DNA of 33,549 nucleotides from Elsinoe ampelina. Its lineage: Eukaryota. The stretch covers positions 1 to 33,549 of the forward strand of contig ML992549.1 in assembly GCA_010093995.1 (NCBI GenBank), given 5' to 3'. Every line of letters starts with the position of its first letter. Positions within the stretch are counted from its first letter, which is position 1. Made by a program: the position numbers and the translations under genes. Below, one piece after another: positions 21,168 to 31,036 of this stretch. Below the pieces are notes generated by a model, which was given only the letters and a program-made list of their open reading frames with translations, was not told the origin of the DNA and searched no databases.

Positions 21168-22022
21168 TCAGTAACCAACAGTCACACTGTTGAAGTCCGC
21201 CCACCCCTCACCCATCACCTCCTCGAGCTCCAGCACGCCTCCCCCAGTGACCTCCCCGTACTTCTCATCCCCCCTCCCACCCAAACAAAGACTCACCACC
21301 TTCCTCCCCACCAACTCATCAGAAATATACCCACCCATACCCATCTTCAGCACATTCGCCACACTCTGGCCCCCACTCAACACCCTCCCTATCCTCAAGC
21401 AATAAACCTCACACATACCCTGCCCCTTCTCATCCGCCAACTCCAACAAAGCCTTCTCCCCCGCACCCTTCAACCTCCTAAACTTCGCATCCGTCCACAG
21501 CGACTGAAACTGGTCCTGCACCGCATTGTACGTGGAAAAGTAGACAAAGCGCAACGGCCTCCTCTGGCTCTCCGGATCGACATACCTCGCCTTCCTCCCC
21601 TCCCTCCTCCCCTCCCCTTTCCCCTCCCCTCCCCCCTCCTCCCCATCCTCCCCCCCTCCCATCCCCGCCGGCGTCCTCACCACGCCCCCCTCCACACACC
21701 CCTCGAGAAACCTCAACGCCATCCCGACATTCGCATCATACGCGTCCTCCCACGACTTGAACCCGCTCACCCACCCGCCCACACACCAGATGACAGCGTT
21801 GATCTTGAACTCGTCCCTCAGACGCAGGAAGAGTGCTTCGGGGAAAGAGGAAAAGTCCGGGTGGAGGATCTGGGTTACTTTCGGGTGGGCGAGGATGGGG
21901 GCGGAGCGGATTGAGGAGCGGGAGAGGAGGGTTAGGGAGGTGGTGAAGGGGGAGGAGAGGAGGGCGGGGAGCAGGGTGGTGGAGAGGGTGGAGGTGGCGC
22001 CGATGAGGAGGATGTGGGTCAT
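21168..22022 (-). CDS. Atypical SDR / NAD(P)-binding Rossmann-fold protein (Fmp52/TIP30-like), 284 aa
   Basis: ILLIGAT start, LTLLSR, ILHPDFSSFP, AVIWCVG, RFVYFS, KGAGEKALL, CLRIGRV. acaATG context. Confidence 0.78.
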   Translation of the reverse strand: MTHILLIGATSTLSTTLLPALLSSPFTTSLTLLSRSSIRSAPILAHPKVTQILHPDFSSFPEALFLRLRDEFKINAVIWCVGGWVSGFKSWEDAYDANVGMALRFLEGCVEGGVVRTPAGMGGGEDGEEGGGEGKGEGRREGRKARYVDPESQRRPLRFVYFSTYNAVQDQFQSLWTDAKFRRLKGAGEKALLELADEKGQGMCEVYCLRIGRVLSGGQSVANVLKMGMGGYISDELVGRKVVSLCLGGRGDEKYGEVTGGGVLELEEVMGEGWADFNSVTVGY

Positions 22023-22631
22023 TGTTTTTCTGTTCTTATCGGGGGTCGAAGGGGTGGGGATGATGGGAGGCTGGATGGTTGTTGATGCTTGATTCTAGAC
22101 AGGATGGGGCGATGGGGCGATGGGGGGTGAGAAATGGGTTGTCGTGATGGCGAAGGCGAGGACGCAATGGCATGAGGTCGGATGGCTGCGGGGTGGGGTG
22201 GGGCTGGTCACGTGAGCAGCAGAGGAAAGTCCGGGGGTCGTCTACACTCGCCACAGTCTGCGACAAGAGGTAGCCTTTTAATGGCCGAGCAGAGATCATC
22301 TGGGGAGCTGGTACTGTTGGGTTCAAAATCAATGGTGGGTCCTCAAAGCATTCTTGGTTATACAGCAATGCGTTTCAAGACTCATGGCGAATCTTCATCA
22401 TGACTTGAACACATCTCGGAAAGGAATTTTCATTTGCTATCATCACTCATGGAAAGCTGTTGCACCACCAGACGACCTGTCGCCCTCTATGCCTTGTCCA
22501 CTGCCTGCGTCACCTTTTCTACAAGCCGCATAACCAAGCCTCTCCACCTCCCTGACACCACTCTTTCCTAAACCCTTCCCATCCACGTTCCGAATCTCCT
22601 CGGTCCCGTCTCGTCTCAATCCATTAACATC

Positions 22632-24572
22632 CTAAGCACTCTCCTCCTTGATCCTCCTCGCCAACACCGCCGCCCCCACCGCCGCCAACCCCCCAAACCG
22701 CAACACCCACCCGACAGAATCATCCCCAGGCTGGCCCCTCGGCTTCTGAAGGATTCTAAAAATCAAACTACTCACCAACGTGGCAATCACCTGCGGCGCC
22801 GCAATCGCAACATTATGAATCCCCAACACCACCCCCGCCTGATCCGCACCCTGACTCGGGTCCTCCCCTTCGGCCAGCAGTTGGGCGTCCCTATCGTCCC
22901 TGCTCGGCCGGATACGGTGCTGCCTTATCGCCTCGCGCTTTGAGATCTCAGCCGCGATGAGCGCGTAAGGCGCCCAGTTCGTCACCGCCCAGGGGATACC
23001 GATGAATGCGACGAGGGCAGTAGCGGCGCGTGTGGAGCGGACGAGGAGGGTGAGCCAAGTGGCAAGGGCGAAAAGGAGGTGGGAGGCGATGTAAAGGCGG
23101 CGGAGGGTGAGGTGGGGGATGCGAGGGGAGGGGATGGTCTTGATGCGGCGCAGGAAAGTGGATTTGCGTTTCGAATTGAGGGGGCGGGAGAAGTAGCCGT
23201 CGCCGCCGTGGAAGGAGGAGGGGGTGGCGGCGGCGCCGGGGGTCATGGGGGTTTTGGGTGGGGGGCCGGGAGCCCGGAAGGTGGGTTGGATGAGGAGCGG
23301 GAGGAAGACGGAGGAGCAGAAGGTTGTGATGGCGAAAATGAGGAGGGAGAACGAGGCGAGACGGGTGCCGCGGTTCCAGATCTCGTCAATTTCGGCGGAG
23401 GTGAGGTCGGGATTGGCCTCGAAGAAAGGTTCGGCGTAGATTTCGGCGATGAAGGTGGTTGTATAGAAGAGGAAGGGAAACCAGCCGATCCAAGCGAGGA
23501 ATTGGGTTTGGCAGACCCTCATGATTTGTGGTGGGAGGCGGCGTATCGCAAAGTATAGGTCGCGGAAGAATGCAATGATACCTTCTTTGCGCTCTGCAGG
23601 CTCTCCGTCTAGACGTGGGTCTCGTTCTCTAATGGATAGACATGAAATGGTGACTGTGACTCCCAATGCAATGCATGCAATGACGCAGAGAACCTTGAAT
23701 TGCGTGTTCCCGAGCCAGGGCAGAATCTCCGGTAGGTCGACATAGCCGGATAAGTATCCAAGAATGTTGCCAACTCCCGAGATTCGTGACGCCCAAGCAT
23801 TGGCGTCGTTCTGCTGATGCGCCGGAGCATTGTCGACTATGAACGCTCTGACCGCTGCTTGAATAACATTGATGGCGAAATCAAGCACATAGATGATGAC
23901 CACAGCAAAGACAATCGAGACGGTCCGCACAGCTTGCCCTTCCTGGTCGACTCCAAATATGCCCAATATCGTAGCGATAATCTCCATGGCCCAGGCCAGA
24001 CAGAAGAGTGACATGATGGTAGCAATGGCGCCACCCACCATGAAAGGTCTCCGCTTGCCCCACTTCAACCTCGATCGATCACTCTTCACGCCGACGTAGG
24101 GTTGGACCAGGGTTCCTGACAGTGGTCCAGCAATCCAGACAAAGGCCAGAAGAGATTTGCTGATTCCCAGTCCGAGTAGGTATGGTGAGCCATATGCTAG
24201 CTCTACTGACCAACATATTTGCAAACCGCCGATAGCGATTGTGAGCAATATGAGATATGGTGTGCTTCTGGACTCTTCCGGCTCGCCTTCTTCCCAATCG
24301 TCGCTGTCCGGCGATCGTATGGACGACATTGGTGAGATTGACCTATCATCCCGCCGTTGTGACGGTAGTATGAGAGGCGAATTCTCATTCGCGTCCTTTC
24401 TCAGCATATCAATCGACCTAGTCCCTTGCCGGCTGTCGAATGATCTCGAGAATGAGTCTCTCCCCCGATGATGTGTGAATTGTAGTCCCAGCCCGCTGGG
24501 CCTCTTTCTAGGCGAGCTCGTGACGCTCTCGTCCGCAGGACTCGTCAAGTTCTCTACCTCTTCCCGAGACAT
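22632..24572 (-). CDS. sut1: Sut1-like general alpha-glucoside/sucrose:H+ symporter (GPH/MFS), 646 aa, intronless
   Basis: GGLQICWSVELAYGSPYL, WIAGPLSGTLVQPYVG..SD, WGKRRPF, LDFAIN..QAAVRAFIVD, WIGWFPFLFY, LGIHNVAIAAPQ. The ORF-track start at 24662 is TTG; the first in-frame ATG is 24572 (aacATG). Confidence 0.92.
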   Translation of the reverse strand: MSREEVENLTSPADESVTSSPRKRPSGLGLQFTHHRGRDSFSRSFDSRQGTRSIDMLRKDANENSPLILPSQRRDDRSISPMSSIRSPDSDDWEEGEPEESRSTPYLILLTIAIGGLQICWSVELAYGSPYLLGLGISKSLLAFVWIAGPLSGTLVQPYVGVKSDRSRLKWGKRRPFMVGGAIATIMSLFCLAWAMEIIATILGIFGVDQEGQAVRTVSIVFAVVIIYVLDFAINVIQAAVRAFIVDNAPAHQQNDANAWASRISGVGNILGYLSGYVDLPEILPWLGNTQFKVLCVIACIALGVTVTISCLSIRERDPRLDGEPAERKEGIIAFFRDLYFAIRRLPPQIMRVCQTQFLAWIGWFPFLFYTTTFIAEIYAEPFFEANPDLTSAEIDEIWNRGTRLASFSLLIFAITTFCSSVFLPLLIQPTFRAPGPPPKTPMTPGAAATPSSFHGGDGYFSRPLNSKRKSTFLRRIKTIPSPRIPHLTLRRLYIASHLLFALATWLTLLVRSTRAATALVAFIGIPWAVTNWAPYALIAAEISKREAIRQHRIRPSRDDRDAQLLAEGEDPSQGADQAGVVLGIHNVAIAAPQVIATLVSSLIFRILQKPRGQPGDDSVGWVLRFGGLAAVGAAVLARRIKEESA

Positions 24573-25201
24573 GTTTACTCCCTCGGCGTAATTATTTGCG
24601 AGAATGGTCGAGTAATGCCAAAAGAAATAGTCGCTGCAATCGCTAAGTATGCTAATCTCCAAGGATGATCCAGATCAAGGGCTGACGGGTATGTGTATAT
24701 CATGTAGCGGATTGTTTGGAAAGGTCATGTCGGTGAGACTGTCATGTGTCTGGTGGGAAGTGACTAGGCTCTGGCACGCGAGTCCGTCTCTGATGGATAG
24801 CGGGGCATGGGCGTGGGCGTGGGCATGGACCGTGGACGCGGGGACGGTCCTTGGGTCCAATCTCTTTTCTGTCTCACGGCTGGTGATCCTGCAAGGCGGC
24901 AGACTCCTGCTGCAGAGTATATTTGCGGTGGACAATGGGGATTAAAAGTTAAGACGATGGCATATGTCGTGAAAGAAAAGTTGCGGCAAGGATGTCAGGA
25001 TTCGCCATGAACAATAATGGGCAAGTCGAGGGTTCCCGCATCGAGATCACCGGCGAAGGCTCAGTCGAACGGAGGAGACTGTGGAGGAAAAGTTACACGA
25101 GCCGCAAAGTGACCATGTGAACTGCCCGTCTGCTTGGGCATAGACACGCCTTGATTCCCACAAACAAAGGCCGGCCCAGATGACTTCACATGCAGCCATT
25201 T

Positions 25202-25578
25202 GGGAATTGTTATTCGGTGGCCCGATTTTCCTTATCCGGTGGCCTTGCCAAGGCGGCTTCCAAGGTTCAGGTGTGCCACCTAGGGTCTGAACCAGCGCTT
25301 ACGATATAAATGGATAGCTATCTTGTAAGCTATCTCGAGAAGCTATCTCGAGAAGCTATCTCGAGACGTACGAAAAGGTATCTCGAGAGGTACAAAAAGG
25401 TGTCTCGAAAGGCACGAAAAGCGTTGTCTCGAAGGATAAGAAGGCTAGGTACGTTGGCTCATAACTAGACCTTGACTATATGAAGGGATACAAAGCGGGC
25501 CTCTCCATAGGCTAGAGACTAAAAAGGACTAACACGGCCACCGGATAAGAAAAATCGGGCCACCGAATAACAATTCCC
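25202..25578. mobile_element. 377-bp non-autonomous Mutator-like (MULE) element / MITE
   Basis: 43-bp terminal inverted repeats at 25202-25244 and 25536-25578 (GGGAATTGTTATTCGGTGGCCCGATTTT[C/T]CTTATCCGGTGGCC, 1 mismatch), flanked by a perfect 9-bp direct repeat CAGCCATTT (25193-25201, 25579-25587). No coding capacity. Confidence 0.93.
25316..25435. repeat. Tandem repeats inside the MITE
   Basis: Three perfect AGCTATCTCGAGA units (25328-25366), one degenerate copy before them, then about 22-bp units built on T[A/G]TCTCGA[G/A]A..AC[G/A]AAAAG. Confidence 0.85.
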
Positions 25579-25901
25579 CAGCCATTTGCGCTCTAGCTCC
25601 GGCACGGCACGGCCCCATGAGCTTGGCGACAGCGCCGAACCGCGGCCGACGTCAACCCTAGCTCGTGCAGCTGCCTGTGCTGGAAAGGACATTCTGCAAT
25701 TCATCGACATTGATGAAGCTTAAACCATTCATAGGCAGTCACTTGTGTCATCAGTGACACCGCGCATTGCACTCCGACATCGACATTGCCGGACTAGACC
25801 TCGAAATCCGATGCGCATGATATCGACCAATTCCTGCAAGACAGCTCCTTAGGGGCCTGGGCTCGGCTCGGCATCGACTTGCTATACTATAACAGCCTAC
25901 C

Positions 25902-28123
25902 ATGGCAGATCAGGTCGCGGAGCTGGCGTTTGAGCTCCTCAGTGGGACTCCCTCGAACACACAGACGAATGGCGCTGACTCTACTTGATAGAACGCCAGT
26001 CCGACGCAGATCCAGAAGGTCCACCTCCCCGTCCCTCTTACGACTCCCAACCCTCCAGCTAATGCCAGTGCAGAACCAGAAGCTGGCCAGAAAGAGATAT
26101 TGACATCATGGTCGCTCTTTATTCTGATCATGCTGCTCATAGTAGCTCTTTTCACAAGTTATCTGTTACAAACGCGAAAGATTCAGGCAGTACACGAAAC
26201 GGTCATCTCGATATTTGCAGGTAGGGTCAGGAGAATGCACGAGCTGGAGCATATACTAAGACAGCGCAGGAATGGTTGTGGGACTCATATTGCGGTTAAC
26301 GGCAGCACAATCTGTACTCGGCGCGGTCAGCTTCGACTATCAATTCTTCTTCAACCTTCTCCTTCCGCCCATCATCCTCAACTCGGGATATGAGCTGCAT
26401 CAAGGCAACTTCTTTCGCAACATCGGCGCAATCTTGACATTCGCATTTGCTGGCACCTTCATCTCTGCCGTCGTCCTCGGCGTAATCATCTGGCTGTGGA
26501 CGCGGATACCCTTGGAAGGATTGGATATTACCTTTGTCGAAGCCATGGCAGTCGGGGCTACGCTATCCGCTACAGACCCTGTAACGATTCTCGCCATTTT
26601 CAACACTTACAAAGTCGACCCGAAACTCTACACGGTCATCTTCGGCGAGTCGATCTTGAACGACGCAGTAGCTATTGTACTTTTCGAAACTGCCCAACGA
26701 TATATGGAGGGCGCAAGCAAGGGTCATTTGACCATCCTCAGTCTGTTTGAGTCTATCGGTATCTTCTTGTTGGTCTTCTCCGGCAGCTTGGTCATTGGAC
26801 TCGCGATAGGGATTGGGACAAGTTTGCTGCTCAAGTACACCAAAGTGCGGAGATTCCCCAAGATCGAGAGTTGTCTTTGTGTCTTGATCGCCTACTCGAG
26901 CTACTTCTTTGCAAACGCTGTGCATATGTCTGGTCAGTGCTAATTCTGAGAAATATTCAACTGGCGATGCTGACTATTAGCCAGGTATTGTGTCTCTGCT
27001 ATTCTGCGGCATCTGTCTAAAGCACTACGCATATCACAACATGTCCCGGCGAACCCAGCTAACGACCAAATTCATCTTCCAAATCATGTCTCAACTCTCC
27101 GAGAACTTCATCTTTATCTACCTAGGTCTTTCTCTTTTCACCGAGTCAGGCCTTGAATTCAAACCCCTCTTTATCCTGGTCGCGACAGCCGGCATCTGCG
27201 TAGCTCGATACTGTGCCGTATTCCCGCTGTCCTACCTAGTAAATGCAGTAATCCGATATCGAGCACGAAAATCTGGCCGACCCGACGCAGCCGAGGAGCT
27301 ACCTCGAAATCACCAAGTCATGCTTTTCTGGGCTGGATTGCGAGGAGCCGTCGGCGTAGCTTTGGCAGCTGGACTTCGTGGCAAGCAAAGATATGCGCTG
27401 CGAGCGACTGTACTAGTGGTCGTGGTGCTGACCGTCATCATCTTCGGTGGCACTACCAGCCGCATGCTGGAGATCCTTGAAATCCGAACAGGTGTAGTGG
27501 AAGAAATCGACAGCGATGACGAGTTTGATATCGAAATTGTACCCGGCAGCAATGGAGCTTTCAAGCGCCGCTCCGGCACAGGATTCGGCCACATGCCACG
27601 GTCCAGCACCAACGGCGGAATCACCCTCTCCTCCGTCCGCAGCGACAGTGCCCGCCCTCGCCTCAGCAGCCGAGCAGGTCTCTATTCCTCCGGCAACATC
27701 AAGGGTTCCTCTCCACCCGTCCGCCCCGAAAGCGGTCTCGGCCGCCGCAACAGCGGCCGCAAACCCAACAGCGCCGACGTAGTGCGAGACCGTGAGAACC
27801 AAGCCGAACGCGGCCTTCTCAGCCACGACACCAGTCTGGAAGCAAGTGACGATGACTTGGACCTCGACTTGCCACCAGCAGCGAGACGGTCAGCACCACA
27901 ACTCACGCCTGACACTGACGGCGCGAGTGACGCCGGTGCAACGCAGGAGCAACAGCCACAGGCGACGTTGACGGCGCGAGGGGCGATAAGTCAGTTGTTG
28001 AATGTAGGAGGGGATGATGTAGCGAATGTCTTTAGCAGGTTGGACGAGGGGTTCATCAAGCCACATTTATTGCTTGATCCGGGGGGAATTAGAGGACACG
28101 GTGGGGGAGGAGGGGGAGGGTAG
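25902..28123 (+). CDS. NHX1: Endosomal Na+(K+)/H+ exchanger; exons 25902-25941, 25992-26018, 26074-26220, 26270-26932, 26985-28123; 671 aa
   Basis: HETVISIFAG, FFNLLLPPIILNSGY, LSATDPV, IFGESILNDAVAIV, ENFIFIYLG, WAGLRGAVGVALA. Four introns of 49-55 nt keep frame; the first two exons are less certain. Confidence 0.95.
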
Positions 28124-28428
28124 AGATCGTGAGGGAAGAGGTAACGAAGTATGATATGGGTAGAGAGGGCGGTGGTGCATTGCTAGACAGGTGGGGTCTC
28201 CAAAAGGATGCATCGCTGTGTTTCACCTTCGCGAAATAGAGGGACACAACCGCATACCGTGAACTGATAATGAGGTATCGTTTCGTATCGTACACCACCC
28301 CTCTGTTACAATACATCCGCATGGAAAGACTGATTCCTCGGCAACGAACGCTAATCTCCTCTTACTGCCATTCCCCTTCCTACCACTTCCCACCTCCCCC
28401 TTCTCAAAGTAACGTATCCAATCCCATC

Positions 28429-30479
28429 CTAAACCAAAACACCCCTCTCCCTCTCCTTCTCCCTCTCCCTCCTCCTCGCCGCGATCCTCGCCGCAGCCTT
28501 CGCCCTCCTCTCCTCATCCAGCGCCCTCCGCGGCGTAGCCTGCAGCCCTACCTCGTCCCTCCAGCCCTGCGTCGTGCTGTGGCCAAGAGTCTGTCCGGGG
28601 ATTCGTCCAAGCGGGCGGTATATATTCTCCTTGTCCTGTCGCGATTGCTTCTCGGTGGCGTCAGCAGAGGGGAAGCGCTCCCGGCTTGACTTGCGATGCT
28701 CAGGCTGGGCAGCGGTGTCGTTTGCGCTGTCCCTTCTGTCTAGCGCGGGGAGAGCGTCCGGGGCTGGATCTGTGTATGTGGGACGATGGGTCTGATTAAG
28801 GGAGATGCGGATTGGACGAGCACGGTGGGTGTTGCGTTCAGTTGCACGGTTGTCGAGAGAGGTGCGCGCTTTTGGGCTCGGCGAGGGGACTGTGTAGGGC
28901 ATTGCGAGGCGATCGTAGCGGCCCATGTCGGCGTCGAGGATGAAGGGGCTTGAGTCGGTGGCTACTGGGCGGATGGGCTTGACTGCTGCTACTGGGCGGG
29001 TGGAGAAGGTTTCTCGTCGTGGTAGGGCGGAGAGCTCTGCTTCTGGGCTTGGGACGGGAAGAGCTAGGCTGGCGTCGATGTCTTTGCCGACAAGTGCCTC
29101 TCCGCGAGGTGTGGCTGGGAGGGCTTTATCCGTCGCCAAGCGCGAGCGACGCGCTGATGGTCGTGAGGGGGTGTGATGGGTGTTTCGTCGGCGCGTGGAT
29201 GAAGGAGTGTAGAGGGTACTTCGACGTCGGGATGACGGAGGTGTTTGTTTGGGAGTCGTTGATTCACGATTGATGTCGCGTGGCTGGAGGAGATTGACTT
29301 CTGTCTTTGGGCCTGGCAAGCTTGGTCGTGGGACAGGCTTGGGAGGCGTCTGGCGCGTCCGTCGTAAATGGCTCGATATGAAGTCGTTCTCAAACTGGTC
29401 TTTACGAGCTTGTTCGGGAGAGACGATCATGGTAGAAGCCCAAATGTCTTTGTCTGTTGTCGGAGCAGGCGGTCTTCGAGATGGAGATCTTTTCGGGATC
29501 GGTGGCGCAGTGGTGTCAGTAGGCCCATCGTTGGATCGCCTAGTCCTAAGTGGCGCCGGCTTGGGCACATGGTCATCATAGTCGTCGATGGATCGAGACG
29601 GATCTGCCTTTGCGCGCGCTTCGGCAAGTGCAAGACCTTTCTGCATGCGAATGACCTCATCCGTCAAAGACGAAATCTGACTTTCTAGGGAGAAGATCTT
29701 CTTCCTCTCATCTTGTAGATCTTCAGCCAATTGGCTCGCTACAGTATCCTTCTTACGGGCGTATTGCTTCGCTGCCTGTTGCTTTGCGATTAAGCGCTTC
29801 ATTTCTCGCTCTGTCCTGGCTGAGTACTGGTCGTACCGATCCTTCCAGTCGATCAATGGATTAGATAATATCTCAGTAACCTTTTGTTGCTCCACCAATG
29901 GCTTTGATGGAACGTCGACATGAGCGGCGGGTTGTGGTTCGCTGATACTTCGAGCATGTCGCAGCTTCTCGGTCAGCTTTGTTTCTGGTGGTGATTGTGC
30001 CGGGGCCGCATCTAGTGCAGTCATGTCCGCTCTTGATGGTGTCGGAAACTTGCCAGGCACGATAGGTGCCGTCTTATTCCTGCTCATTGCCTGAGATCTC
30101 TCTCGAACCTTGGTTTCATCCTTTTGAGCGCCCCACGAAACCGTCTTTGACCTCCTCAAATTGGCAGTTCCCGGTGTCATGAGTATTCCATTTGGCTGTT
30201 TGGACGGAGATACTGGAGCGCCCATTGGGGGTGCTTCGTCTCCTGCATAATAGCTATCTGGACGGCCTCGTGCTTGCGGTACCGCATCTGGTGGCTTTGG
30301 GGTACCCCATAATCGGTATTTGAATGCGCGGGCTGCAAAGACGTGAGCTGGTGTGTCTGGTTTGTCAGCGAAGGTCGTGTCTGCGACTGAATTATGTCAG
30401 CAACGAGCTCATTGACAGTCTTGCTCGCAATCATACAGTCGTCTTGCTCATCAGGTCCGCCAGCTAGCCAGGATAGCAT
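28429..30479 (-). CDS. cut12: Spindle-pole-body Cut12-domain protein; exons 30479-30437, 30386-28429; 666 aa
   Basis: Splicing a 50-nt intron (GTATGA..GCTGAC..CAG) gives PDTPAHVFAARAFKYRLWGTP. Also SPSKQPNGILMTPGTA..R.KTVSW, PGKFPTP, and the coiled coil YSARTEREMKRLIAKQQAAKQYARKKD, typical of filamentous-fungal Cut12-domain proteins. Confidence 0.8.
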
Positions 30480-31036
30480 TTTCAGATCTCTCGGCGACCT
30501 CGATCGCCGAGATGTTTATGTTGCGTTGCTCGACGTTGTGGTGCGTCTGGGAGGACAAGTTGACAAGATGGAGAGAGGAATGACGAGCCTCTTATGCGCC
30601 CTAAGCGATTTTGAAGGAATGATCTGAAACTGTTCGGCGAAAGTGTAGAAATCATTGACGTCGTGCAATCCATCTCAAACGTCGTGGCGCGTCTGAGGGC
30701 TTTCCCCGTCTCCGGCCACAATAGATTACTCTTTTCGGACTAGTCTCTGAACCACCCTGCCGGATGTGCAAAAGTGGGTCCGAGGAGCGAACGACAATCG
30801 GCAACAAAAATGTGGAGAATAGAAGGAAGGATGATTCAGCAAGTCAAGTTCACATCCAAGGATCTCTCACTGGACACAACCCATCGCCCGAGTCCTCTAA
30901 TATCACCGTTCCATCACTGTACTACCACAGGCAACCGCGCGCTCGTCGATACCCGGTCGCGCTAATTAACATGTCGCAATCCACGGGATAAGTAAACCCA
31001 AAGCTCTGGTCCACACTAGGGAGACCCAACGCTATC

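Noticed and set aside
20644..21193. Overlapping short + strand ORFs (94 and 93 aa) as a gene or pseudogene
   Set aside because: No recognisable homology and no convincing splice signals joining the frames.
10424..22214. CACGTG upstream of all four non-housekeeping genes as a regulon
   Set aside because: A 6-mer is expected about 8 times per window, so it is not enough on its own.
22221..22236. GAGGAAAGTCCGGG resembles the RNase P/MRP CR-I motif
   Set aside because: No complementary CR-V partner found downstream, and the site lies in a G-rich promoter region of the SDR-like gene.
24573..24662. ORF-track N-terminal extension of Sut1
   Set aside because: It begins at TTG, and ATG 24572 has good context.
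25316..25435. Repeat array as CRISPR
   Set aside because: Eukaryotic DNA, head-to-tail 13-bp units without spacers, and located inside a TIR element.
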